Positions 34,718-44,414 of a stretch of DNA of 64,000 bases are shown here, in pieces. The translations under genes and the position numbers were made by a program. The notes beneath the pieces are model-generated. The model saw nothing but the letters and a program-made list of their open reading frames with translations, was not told the DNA's origin and did not search any database. This DNA comes from an uncultured Candidatus Rokubacteria bacterium (lineage in GTDB: Bacteria; Methylomirabilota; Methylomirabilia; Rokubacteriales; DASRDR01), in contig CAWDVE010000017.1 in the NCBI GenBank assembly GCA_963805625.1, forward strand, positions 512,001 to 576,000. Reading direction: 5' to 3'. The stretch's first letter is position 1, and each line of letters opens with the position of its first letter.

Positions 34718-35383
34718 ATGACAGTCGAGCCCCTCCGTCCCGGTGAGCCTGCCCCAGATTTCGCCCTGCCCGCGGTCAATCGGGAAGGTCAGGTCTCGCT
34801 CGCCGAGTATCGTGGCCGCAGCCCGATCCTGGTCGGTCTGTTCCGAGGGCTCCACTGACCCTTCTGCCGACGCCAGCTCGTGCAGCTGGGCACCACGCAG
34901 GAGAAGCTCAAGGCCGTGGGCGTGGAGACGCTGGCGGTGGTCAACACCGCGCTCGAGCGCGCGCGGCTCTACTTCAGGTATCGCCCGACCCGCGTGCTGC
35001 TCGCCGCGGACCCCGATGCGGCGACGCACCGGGCGTTTGGGGTACCCGCAGGCGTGCTCGTCGAGGACGAGGCGGCAGCCGCGTGGCCGCTCCGCGCCAC
35101 GATTGGCCAGCTGCAGACGGTACTGATCAATCCCACCGGAGAGCTGCCCGCGCCGCTGAACCCCTTCGCGGCAAAGGAGGCGCTGAACCAGCGGGACGGC
35201 TTCGAGCCGACCGAGGTCGACCAGCAGATCGCGACCGCGCACGGCACCCAGCTGACCGGGCACTTTCTCATCGACCGGGAGGGGATCATCCGGTGGGGGC
35301 AGATCGAGGCCGGCGAGCGGATCGGCGACCTCGGCAAGTTCCCGAGCGACGAGGAGATCCTGCGCGCGGCCCGCGGTCTCTAG
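34718..35383 (+). CDS. AhpC/TSA (peroxiredoxin-like, thioredoxin-fold) selenoprotein, Sec47 at UGA 34856-34858
   Basis: GAGGAG RBS; MTVEPLRPGEPAPDFALPAVNREGQVSLAEYRGRSPILVGLFRGLH-U-PFCRRQL continues in frame into ORF 34880..35383 (FLIDREGIIRW). Confidence 0.88.
34865..34892 (+). promoter_or_regulatory. Putative bacterial SECIS hairpin
   Basis: CCAGCT-CGTGC-AGCTGG, loop starting 21 nt after UGA with G at loop position 2. Confidence 0.65.
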
Positions 35384-35470
35384 GCCGGCTCCGGCCTGGC
35401 CCGATTCATTGCGGCCACCGACCGCCGGGCCGGGACCCCACCGCGTGGTTCGAGGCGGCGATGCCGCCGC

Positions 35471-35900
35471 TTACCCTTGCCTCCCCAAGTGAAGGTCGAA
35501 GAAGCGCGCGACTTCATCGTGGTACTCGCGGGTCTCGGGTGCGGTGATGTCGGCGAGGTACTGCGCGTGAGATTGACCTTCCCACACCTGCAGCACCGCC
35601 TCGACCCCGGCCGCGCGCAGCTTGCGATGCATCCGCACCGTGTTCGACAAGTACAGGTCGCGTGTGCCGCTGGTCAGGATGGTCGGCGGAAATCCGCGCA
35701 CATCTCCGTAGATGGGAGATAGCAGCGGGTCTCTCAGGTTGCGTCCGTTGGCGTAGAGCAGGGCGGTGGCTCGGATGAAGCCGTCCTGGGTGCCCAGGAC
35801 GTTGTCGACCATGGCGTTCGTGAACAAGGTTTCGCCGGTCTTGGTCAAGTCCACCGTAGGCGTGCCCGGCGCTATGGCACCGGGCATCGGCAGGCCGACT
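35471..35900 (-). pseudogene. C-terminal half of an HSL-type alpha/beta hydrolase
   Basis: DPLLSPIYGD..FPPTILTSGTRD..WEGQSH; nucleophile GxSxG region absent. Confidence 0.75.
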
Positions 35901-36039
35901 GTGATCCGGGCACTCGGTGACGATTTTCGTCACTTCCGGGAGGGTCTCCGGGCCGCTCAGCGGACAAATCGCAGGCCATTCGGCCATCTGAGCGACGTCC
36001 TGCAAGCTGGCACGCCTTGCAAGACCTGCCCTGGTCACC

Positions 36040-36447
36040 ATGGAAGAACAACGTCGCCTCCGGGTGCTCGTGATCGACGACGATCCCAGTGTGCGTGAGA
36101 TCGTGTGCTATCTGGTCGCCTCGTTCGGGTACGACTGTGAGACGGCGGCCGATGGCGCGAGGGGACTGGCTCGCTTCGACGAGGGGGGTTGGGACCTCGT
36201 GATCACGGACCTCGCCATGCCGAGGATGAGCGGGTGGGAGCTCGCGGAGGCCATCCGGCAACGATCCCCGACCATGCCGATCGTCCTCATCACGGGACTG
36301 ATTGACTCCGAGGTGATGCGGCGCGCCGACGAGCGGGGCCTGCCCGTCGTCCCGAAGCCATTTCGCGAGGAGATGCTGAAGACGGTCGTGGCCAAGGCGC
36401 TCCGGGCACGTCCTTCTTTCGAGACCAGTTCCTCCCACCAGGGCTGA
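36040..36447 (+). CDS. Single-domain response regulator receiver
   Basis: VLVIDDD, DLVITDLAMPRMSG, LITG, KPF. Confidence 0.88.
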   Translation: MEEQRRLRVLVIDDDPSVREIVCYLVASFGYDCETAADGARGLARFDEGGWDLVITDLAMPRMSGWELAEAIRQRSPTMPIVLITGLIDSEVMRRADERGLPVVPKPFREEMLKTVVAKALRARPSFETSSSHQG

Positions 36448-36781
36448 GCCGTTCCGGTCGCCGTTCCGAGTCACCAGCCGACCGCTGACGCTTGAGAGTC
36501 TCGGGAAGCCTCCTTCGACCGTAGCTCCTCGTCCGTTCGCACTTGAGCTGGCGCCACAACCCTGCGAGGAAAGCGACAGGGTGACAGCACGTCCTTCCGC
36601 GGAGCCGCGGCCAGGCTGGGAAGGTGTACCCTCTCGTGAGGGTCCACTTGACGGCGATACTCCGGGCGCCCGGCGCGGATAGGAAAGCTCGGGAACGGGT
36701 TCACGGCACGTTCGCTGGCGAGAGAGAGCTCAGTCAAGTCATGGTGGGGACGAGAGCCCCCGCACAGTTGGTGAGTGATCT

Positions 36782-37003
36782 ATGCCAAGCCTGAAGCTCC
36801 TGGATGCGATCGGCAACACTCCCTTGGTCGAGCTCCACCACGTCGTACCGGCCGGGTCCGCGCGCGTGGTCGCCAAGCTGGAGTCGGCGAATCCCACCGG
36901 GAGCATGAAAGATCGTTTGGCCCGGGCGCTGATTGAACGCGCCGCCGCGGACGGACGGCTCTCACTGGGAGGCACGGTCGTCGAATACACGGCCGGCACC
37001 GGG
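36782..37003 (+). pseudogene. Cysteine synthase N-terminal fragment
   Basis: IGNTPLV, KLESANPTGSMKDR, VEYTAGT; homology stops there. Confidence 0.85.
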
Positions 37004-37736
37004 CATGCGTGCCCCGAGCGTCGACACGAGCCTCTACTTCTCGCCGCGCCCGCCCCAGTTGCCCTATGCGTTGAGCATGCAGCAGGCGGAAGGGAGGGCG
37101 ACGCGCCGAGACGGCAGCGTCCCTGAGGATGCGACGGTGGTCTGCGGCTTCCTGGGGCTCGACGCTCGGCCGTTCAATCCGCTTCTGGCGGCGCTCCCTC
37201 GCGTGCTTCGGATTCCGGGCAGCACGCTGGGACCCGACTCCTGGGTCACGACCTTCATGCGGTCGGTCGTGGCCGAGTCGAACTCGAGGCGGCCCGGCGG
37301 CGAAGCGGTGCTCGAACGGATGAGCGAGATGCTCTTCGTGGAAGTGCTGCGTCGGCACATCGACTCGCTCCCGCCGGAACAGAAGGGCTGGCTCGCGGGA
37401 ATGCGGGACCCGGCCATTGGTCGCGCGCTCTCCCTCATTCACGAGAAGCCCGCCGAGGCGTGGACGCTGGAGCGATTGAGCGAGGAGGCGGGGCTCTCGC
37501 GCTCGTCGCTTCACGAGCGCTTTGTGCACTTCATCGGCCAGCCGCCGATGCACTATCTGGCCCGGTGGAGAATGCAGGTCGCGTCGGGACTGTTGCGCGA
37601 CACGAGCGCGAAGCTGGTGGCGGTGGCGCTGGACGTCGGCTACGAGAGTGAAGCCGCCTTCTCGCGGGCTTTCAGACGGGTCGCCGGTATGTCGCCCGGG
37701 GCGTGGCGCAAGGTGAAGCGGGCTAGTTCGCGATGA
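36999..37736 (+). pseudogene. AraC-family (cupin) regulator lacking N-terminus
   Basis: VVCGFLG.DARPFNPLL, WLAGMRDPAIG, WTLERL, VGYESEAAFSRAF; joined out of frame to the cysteine synthase fragment. Confidence 0.8.
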
Positions 37737-38041
37737 TCCAGGTTGCGTGACCCCGGGGGGCAGGACCCGTGAGGGTTGCCGCTGTCTGATCCTGCGGGGA
37801 TTGATCTGACCTGATGGGCTCGCGGACGGACGTGTGTCTGGGGGCCGACACGCTCCCGATGACATGCGGTCCTTCTCCGCGCGAGGTCTGGATCGAGGAT
37901 GTGCCACGGTACATGCCGCCTACATGACAGGCAGGGCGGCCGGGACTTGGCCGGGGAGGGCTCCGCGGCGAGGATTGCGGATGCCGCGAGCCGGCCGAGC
38001 GCAGGCCAAGGCTCACGCCGAGCGTGATAGCATGCCTCGGC

Positions 38042-39439
38042 ATGGTCGGGACCGATCCCACGCGCGCAACGGTGACCGAGCTGTCGGCCGCGCTCGAGAG
38101 CCGACAGCTCTCTCCCGTCGGCCTCATGGATGCCGTCCTCGACCGGATCGCGCGGCGCGACCCTGAGCTCCACGCCTTCGTCACCGTCTACCGCGACGAC
38201 GCGCGGCTCGCCGCCGAGGCGGCCGAGCGGGCCATACGCTCAGGCCACCGGATCGGCCCGCTTCACGGCATTCCGGTCGCCCTGAAGGACCTGGTCGAGC
38301 TCGAAGGCCGGGTCACCACCGGCGGATCGAAGGCGTGGCTGTCCCGCATCTCGTCGGAGACCGCGACTCTGGCGCGACGGCTCGTCGAGGCCGGCATGAT
38401 CGTGCTCGGCAAGACGCACACGGTCGAGTTCGCCATGGGCGGCTTTGGGACCAATGTCGAGCTCGGCACGCCGCGTAACCCCTGGGACCTCCGGATTCAT
38501 CGCACGCCGGGCGGCTCGTCGAGTGGCTCGGGCGTCGCCGTCGCCGCCGCTCTCGCCCCGGCGGCGATCGGCACCGATACCGGCGGCTCGGTGCGTCTTC
38601 CCTCGGCATGGTGCGGCATCGTCGGGCTGAAGGTCACGGTAGGGCGCATCTCGACCCACGGCGTCCTGCCGTTGTCCACGACGCTGGACACGCCAGGGCC
38701 GATGGCGCGATCCGTCGAGGACGCAGCGATCATGTTCCGTGTGCTGCAGGGCCCGGACCCTCTCGATCTCCGGACGCGGCTCGAGCCCCCCATCGATCCG
38801 ATCCCGGGGCTTCGCCGCGGCGTGGCCGGTCTCCGCCTCGGAATCCTGTCGCAGTCCGAGCGCGCCGGGGTTGATGCCGAGGTCCTCGAAGCCTACGATC
38901 GCGCGGTCGATGCTCTCGCGCGCCTCGGCGCCCGGGTCGAGCAAGCGAGGCTTCCCCGGACGTTCCAGGACTACCTCGCGGGGACCGGCCGGATCATCGC
39001 GGCCGAGGCCTACCACGTCCTGGGCCCGCTTGCCGAGGATCCGGCGCTCCCGCTGGGCTCGCACGTCCGGGCCCGGCTCCTCCAGGGGCGCGGCGTGACC
39101 GCCCGTGACTACCTGGAGACGCTCCATCAGCAAGCGGAGGATCAGCGAGGCTACGCGGCGGCGACGTCCGATCTCGACGCGCTGTTGACCCCGACGACCC
39201 GCACGCCGGCGATCCCGTTGACCGAGGTCGACGAGGGGACCACGCCGGCGTACTTCACGCGCATGGCCAACTACCTGGGCCTGTGCGCGCTCGCGGTGCC
39301 GAATGGCTTGACCCGGGCCGGCCTGCCCACATCGCTCCAGATCATCGGCCCCCCGTTTGCCGAGGCCATCGTCCTGCGTATCGGCTGGGCCTACGAGCAG
39401 GCCACGGAGTGGCACATGCGCCGCCCGCCCGAGGCCTGA
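38042..39439 (+). CDS. Amidase-signature family amidase
   Basis: GIPVALKD, PGGSSSGS, GTDTGGSVRLPS. Confidence 0.93.
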   Translation: MVGTDPTRATVTELSAALESRQLSPVGLMDAVLDRIARRDPELHAFVTVYRDDARLAAEAAERAIRSGHRIGPLHGIPVALKDLVELEGRVTTGGSKAWLSRISSETATLARRLVEAGMIVLGKTHTVEFAMGGFGTNVELGTPRNPWDLRIHRTPGGSSSGSGVAVAAALAPAAIGTDTGGSVRLPSAWCGIVGLKVTVGRISTHGVLPLSTTLDTPGPMARSVEDAAIMFRVLQGPDPLDLRTRLEPPIDPIPGLRRGVAGLRLGILSQSERAGVDAEVLEAYDRAVDALARLGARVEQARLPRTFQDYLAGTGRIIAAEAYHVLGPLAEDPALPLGSHVRARLLQGRGVTARDYLETLHQQAEDQRGYAAATSDLDALLTPTTRTPAIPLTEVDEGTTPAYFTRMANYLGLCALAVPNGLTRAGLPTSLQIIGPPFAEAIVLRIGWAYEQATEWHMRRPPEA

Positions 39440-39602
39440 CGGGCATCAGTTCGTGTCTCACGGGCTTTGTCGCCCTCGTCTTTGCGCGAACGCCCCGGAA
39501 TCCGCGGTTTGGCCCCTGGTATCCCGAGGTAGGATGAGCCATGCTGAAGGCTCACGCCCCACCGAAGCCCCATCTCCTGCACGGCCTCGCCAACTGCCCC
39601 GC

Positions 39603-40634
39603 ATGAGCCCGTCGCCGATCGATCACGTAGAGACCCGGGCGCTCGGGCGCACCGCGGTGCGGGTGACTCGCCTCGGGTTCGGGGGCGCGCCGCTCGGCAA
39701 TCTCTTCCGTCCGATCTCGGAGGCCCAGGCCGTCGACACGGTGCGTGCTGCCTGGGCCGCCGGCGTGCGCTACTTCGATACCGCTCCCCTGTACGGCCAC
39801 GGGCTCAGCGAGCGACGCATCGGCGCGGCGCTCCACGGCCAGCCCCGCGATGCGTTCGTGCTCTCGACCAAGGTCGGGCGGCGCCTCGTGCCTCGGCCCG
39901 CCGATCCCGCCGCGGAGAGCGCCTACGTCCACACGCCGGCGCTGACGCCGGTGTTCGACTACACGGCCGAATCGGCGCGGGACTCCCTCGCCGCGAGCCT
40001 CGAGCGACTAGGGGTCGGCCGCGTGGACGTCGTGCTGATCCACGACATCGGCCAGGTCACGCATGGCACCGAAGATGCCGCCCGGTATCGCCAGGCCATG
40101 GACGGAGCGTATCGCGTGCTGCACGACCTCCGCGCCGCCGGTGTCATCCGGGCGATCGGCGTCGGCGCCAACGAGTGGCAGATCCTCGAGCGCTGCGTGC
40201 GGGACGGCGACTTCGATTGCTTCCTGCTCGCCGGGCGGTACTCCCTCCTCGAGCAGACCGCGCTCGACAGTTTTCTGCCACTGTGCACCCGGCGTGGCAT
40301 CAGCGTGATCGTGGGCGGGCCCTTCAACTCCGGGATCCTGGCCAGCGGCGCGGCCACGGGGGCGACCTACAACTACCAGCCCGCCCCGCCTGCGATCCTC
40401 GAGCGCGTTCGGGCGCTGGAGCGCGTCGTGACCGCCCACGGCGTGTCCCTCGCGACCGCGGCGCTCCAGTTCCCGTTCCACCACCCCGCCGTGACCACGG
40501 TCATCCCCGGCGCCCGGGCCGCCGCCGAGGTCGAGCAGAATCTCGGGCTCCTTCGCTCCGTGATCCCGCCGGCGGTCTGGCGCGATCTGAAGACCGAGGG
40601 TCTCGTCCGGCCCGACGCGCCTACTCCTGGATGA
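39603..40634 (+). CDS. Aldo/keto reductase (D-threo-aldose/L-fucose dehydrogenase-like)
   Basis: GFGGAPLGNL, FDTAPLYGHGLSE, STKVGR, LAGRYSLLEQ. Confidence 0.88.
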   Translation: MSPSPIDHVETRALGRTAVRVTRLGFGGAPLGNLFRPISEAQAVDTVRAAWAAGVRYFDTAPLYGHGLSERRIGAALHGQPRDAFVLSTKVGRRLVPRPADPAAESAYVHTPALTPVFDYTAESARDSLAASLERLGVGRVDVVLIHDIGQVTHGTEDAARYRQAMDGAYRVLHDLRAAGVIRAIGVGANEWQILERCVRDGDFDCFLLAGRYSLLEQTALDSFLPLCTRRGISVIVGGPFNSGILASGAATGATYNYQPAPPAILERVRALERVVTAHGVSLATAALQFPFHHPAVTTVIPGARAAAEVEQNLGLLRSVIPPAVWRDLKTEGLVRPDAPTPG

Positions 40635-41473
40635 CGGTGCGCGGGGCGCGGCGCGTCGACGCCCACCAGCACTTCTGGCGCCTTGCGCGGGCCGACTACG
40701 GCTGGCTCACCCCGGCCCTGGCACCCATCTACCGAGACTTCGCGCCAGCCGATCTCACCCCGCTGCTCGCCCGTACCGGGATCGACGCCACCGTGCTCGT
40801 CCAGGCGGCGCCGACGCTGGCCGAGACGCGCTTTTTGCTCGAGCTCGCCGCGGCGACGCCCATCGTGGCGGCCGTCGTCGGCTGGGCGCCGCTCGACGCG
40901 CCTGATGCGCCCGAGGTGGTCGCCGATCTCGCCCGGGACCCGTATCTCAAGGGCCTCCGCCCGATGCTCCACGACATCCCGGACGTCGACTGGATGCTCG
41001 GCCCTGCGCTCGCGCCGGGCCTCCGCGCGATCGCGGCGTTGGACCTCGCCTTTGACGCCCTGGTCCGACCGCCGCACCTGCCGAACCTCCGCCGGCTGTT
41101 GGAGCAGCACCCCGATCTCCGCGTGGTGATCGACCACGGGGCCAAGCCGGAGATCGGGCGGGGCGCGCGTGAGCCTTGGGCTACTCACATGGCCGGACTC
41201 GCACGGGACACGCGTGCGTGGGTCAAGCTCTCGGGACTGGTGACCGAGGATGGGCCGGGGTGGTCGGTCGACCGCTTGCGGCCCTACGTCGATCATCTGC
41301 TCGATTGCTTCGGCCCGGAGCGCCTGATCTTCGGGAGCGACTGGCCCGTCGTCACCCTGCGGGCCACCTATGCCGAGTGGGTCGCTGCGGCCGAGGCGCT
41401 CCTCGCCGGCCTCGAGCGGGACGCGCGAGACCGTGTGTTAGGACTCAACGCGACGACGTGCTACCGCCTCTGA
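40631..41473 (+). CDS. Amidohydrolase, L-fuconolactonase-like
   Basis: DAHQHFW, VLVQA, IDHGAKP, KLSGLVTE, FGSDWPV; ATGA-coupled to the AKR. Confidence 0.88.
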   Translation: MTVRGARRVDAHQHFWRLARADYGWLTPALAPIYRDFAPADLTPLLARTGIDATVLVQAAPTLAETRFLLELAAATPIVAAVVGWAPLDAPDAPEVVADLARDPYLKGLRPMLHDIPDVDWMLGPALAPGLRAIAALDLAFDALVRPPHLPNLRRLLEQHPDLRVVIDHGAKPEIGRGAREPWATHMAGLARDTRAWVKLSGLVTEDGPGWSVDRLRPYVDHLLDCFGPERLIFGSDWPVVTLRATYAEWVAAAEALLAGLERDARDRVLGLNATTCYRL

Positions 41474-41621
41474 GCGGCAGGGTCACCTCAGCCCGAGCCG
41501 ACCGCCATCCGCCGTGCGGAGGAAGTTGCCGTGTCATCCATCGACACGCCGCCGTGCTCGGTCGTCCTGTCTGGTTCCGCAGGCCCCTTAGTCTGACCGC
41601 GACCCGATCATCGTCCGGGGG

Positions 41622-42272
41622 CTACCTCTCGATGTAGAGGCTCGGAAATTTCTTCCGCAGGCTGTCGATCTTCGGCCAGTCGTGGAACACGATGTACGGG
41701 TCATCGGGATGCCGATTCAGGTAGTCTTGGTGATACGCCTCGGCCGGGTAGAATCCGGCGAGCGGGACGACCTGCGTCACGATCGCCCGCGGAAACGCCC
41801 TCGCCGCGGTGAGCTGGTCGATGTGCGCCTGCGCGCTCGACTTCTGCGTCGCGGTCGCGTAGAAGATCGCCGACCGGTACTGGAGCCCCACGTCGGGACC
41901 CTGCCGGTTGAGCTGCGTCGGGTCGTGGGCAACGGTGAAGAACACTTGCAGGAGCTCCGCATACGAGATCCGCGCCGGATCGAAGGTGACCTCCACCGAC
42001 TCGGCGTGCCCCGTGGTGCCGCGGCTCACGGCCTCGTACTGGGCCGAGCCGGCCGAGCCCCCTGCGTATCCGGACACAGTCCGCGTGACGCCCTTGACTC
42101 GCTGGAAGACCGCCTGGACGCCCCAAAAGCACCCGCCCGCGAACACGGCCGTCTCCTCGGGCGGTCCTCCCGCGGCCAGATTCGGCCTCCCCACCGTCGC
42201 GCCCGCCTCCAGGCTTGCGAGCGTCACCACGATGGCAAGCCAGCCGCGACAACGATGGAACCCTTGGATCAT
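41622..42272 (-). CDS. msrA: Peptide-methionine (S)-S-oxide reductase, probably exported
   Basis: FAGGCFWG, GHAESV, HDPTQLNRQGPD, AEAYHQDY; hydrophobic N-terminus. Confidence 0.95.
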   Translation of the reverse strand: MIQGFHRCRGWLAIVVTLASLEAGATVGRPNLAAGGPPEETAVFAGGCFWGVQAVFQRVKGVTRTVSGYAGGSAGSAQYEAVSRGTTGHAESVEVTFDPARISYAELLQVFFTVAHDPTQLNRQGPDVGLQYRSAIFYATATQKSSAQAHIDQLTAARAFPRAIVTQVVPLAGFYPAEAYHQDYLNRHPDDPYIVFHDWPKIDSLRKKFPSLYIER

Positions 42273-42508
42273 CACGACCTCCGTCGACCGGCCGCCTCCT
42301 TGGTGGCGTCGGTCCTCGTGAGTTGGGCTGTGGTTCACAGTGCGCCGCGCGGAACCGGCCACGTGTCACAACCGAGTGAAATCGTTGGATTCGCCGCTTC
42401 GAGCCGTGGGTTCCCCGGGCCGCTCGCGCGCCCTCTCGGGGAGGGGAAGGCCGTCGGGCTGTCCATCAGCCCGGCCTCCGTCTAACCTCAGCGAACGGGG
42501 CAATCGTC

Positions 42509-42697
42509 TGCTATAGTACGTGTGCGGGTCGATGGGGTCATGTGATCTCCACCGGCTCCGCAGGGTGCTCTGCCGGACTTCCCCTCTCTGAGAGACTGGC
42601 CTCGCCTCCGTCGGTTCATCCGCATCTTCGGGGCGCGTATCCCAAGCGGATGAGTTGAATGACCCCCGATGCGGTCGGGGGAAGAAGGAGGCGCCCC
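42509..42697 (+). promoter_or_regulatory. Extended -10 promoter and long structured 5' leader of the RRM gene
   Basis: TGCTATAGT at 42509-42517; hairpins TTCATCCGC..GCGGATGAG and CCCCCGA..TCGGGGG just before the AAGGAGG RBS. Confidence 0.45.
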
Positions 42698-42985
42698 ATG
42701 GCGTCCAAGCTATATGTCGGCGGAATGTCCTACTCGACCACCTCCGAGAGCCTGCGGCAGCTGTTCGCCCAGTACGGGACGGTCGAGTCGGCCACGGTGA
42801 TCACGGACCGGATCTCGGGCGACTCGCGCGGGTTCGGGTTCGTGGAGATGGCCACCGAGGCCGAGGCGCAGGCGGCCATCCAGAAGCTGAACGACCAGTC
42901 GTTCGAGGGTCGGAAGCTGATGGTCAACGTCGCGAAGTCGCCGGGCTCGGGCGGCGGCGGCCCGCGCAAGACGTCCCGCTGGTAG
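42698..42985 (+). CDS. RRM (RNP) RNA-binding protein
   Basis: RNP2 LYVGGM, RNP1 RGFGFVEM, Gly-rich tail. Confidence 0.95.
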   Translation: MASKLYVGGMSYSTTSESLRQLFAQYGTVESATVITDRISGDSRGFGFVEMATEAEAQAAIQKLNDQSFEGRKLMVNVAKSPGSGGGGPRKTSRW

Positions 42986-43118
42986 TCGCGACCGGCTACG
43001 TCGTCAGAGCGGCGCAGGAGCCGAGGCTCCTGCGCCGTTTCTCTTTCTGGCGGCGGGTCTCCGCGCCGCTTGCTGACGGGCCCCGGTGTCTGGCTCCATG
43101 GCGGGGCGCCGATGCTGA

Positions 43119-44285
43119 TCACGTCACGACGCGGGCGGACTCCAGCGCCTGCCGGATGCGAGCCCCGAGCATGGTGAGCCGTTCGACTGGCTCGTTGCTG
43201 AAGACGAATCGGACGTGGCGAGCCGCGACATCGCCGCCCCAGCCAGGCATGGGCGTGGCCGCGACCTTCTGCTCGAGCAACCGGCGAGACACCTCCGCGG
43301 GGTCGAGACCGAGCGTCGCCACATCGAGGAGCAAGGACCATGCGCCCGCCGGCCGGCAGGCCGGCAGGCCCGCGAGCTGGCGGAGCGTCTCGTCGCGGCG
43401 CCGCTGCCACTCGGCGTTGGCGGCCGCCAGATCCTCGGGCGGCTCGGCGAGTGCCACGCGGGTTCCGACCTGAGCGAATCCGCTGCTGACGAGCCCATTG
43501 TAGATCTGGACGCGAGAGACGTCGTTCACCAGTGCGCCCGGTGCCACGACCCAGCCCACGCGCCAGGCGATCATCCGCTGCTCGAACGAGGGCGCACCCA
43601 CGGTCACGGTCCGATCGCGCATGCCCGGCAGTGCCGCCGGGTGACGGACAGGTCGGCCGTCGAAGAGGACGCCCTCGAAGCCTCCCCAGTAGAGGAGCCA
43701 GAGATCCCGTTCACGGCAGAGCGCCGCGATGGCCGCCCATTCCTCGTCGCTCGCGACCCAGCCCGTCGGGAAGGAGGCGTTGTTGACGAATACCACGCGC
43801 GTGCGGCGGCCCGCAGCGGCCCGCAGGGCGTCCAAATCGAGGCGCCACTCGCCGCCGCTGACGCGAAGTGGCACCAGGCGCGGCGCGGCTCCGACCAGCC
43901 GGACACGGTTGAGCATGCCGGCATAGGTGGGGTCGGTAAGGATGACCTCGTCGCCCGGATCGGTGAGGCAGAAGAGCGCGTCGAGGATCGCCTCACCCTC
44001 GCCGCAGGTGATGACGATCTCGCGCCGGCCGTCGTAGCGAGGCCCGCCGCGCCCCTCGATGTAGGCGGCCACGGCGTCCTTGAGATCGTCGCGTCCGGTG
44101 AAGGGGAGCCAGCTGTTCGCGTCGTCTTCGCCGAGGGCGAGGCGAGTCGCCGTGATGGCGCTCGCCGGCGGCGCGATGTCGGTGTCGAGATTCTCCATCC
44201 GCAGGACGTCCGGATCGTCTCCGGCCGCCGCCGCCACCCGATCGATGTTGAATCCCGGGATGTCACAAAGTCGCGAGACGCTCAT
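43119..44285 (-). CDS. Class I/II aminotransferase-fold protein lacking canonical PLP Lys/Asp
   Basis: PGDEVILTDPTY, FPTG, VRFVF; YWGGFE in place of D.xY and GAPSFEQRMIAWRVG in place of S.SK..GWR.G. Confidence 0.8.
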   Translation of the reverse strand: MSVSRLCDIPGFNIDRVAAAAGDDPDVLRMENLDTDIAPPASAITATRLALGEDDANSWLPFTGRDDLKDAVAAYIEGRGGPRYDGRREIVITCGEGEAILDALFCLTDPGDEVILTDPTYAGMLNRVRLVGAAPRLVPLRVSGGEWRLDLDALRAAAGRRTRVVFVNNASFPTGWVASDEEWAAIAALCRERDLWLLYWGGFEGVLFDGRPVRHPAALPGMRDRTVTVGAPSFEQRMIAWRVGWVVAPGALVNDVSRVQIYNGLVSSGFAQVGTRVALAEPPEDLAAANAEWQRRRDETLRQLAGLPACRPAGAWSLLLDVATLGLDPAEVSRRLLEQKVAATPMPGWGGDVAARHVRFVFSNEPVERLTMLGARIRQALESARVVT

Positions 44286-44414
44286 GCGAGCACTCTCCTG
44301 TCGCCCTGAGCCCGGGCCGCGCGGCGGATCCTGCAGGGGGCGACGGCCGCCGTTGCGCCCGTCGGCTGTGTCCGGCGCCGGGTCGTCGCGGGCGCCGACC
44401 GGTGCGGGGCTCGG

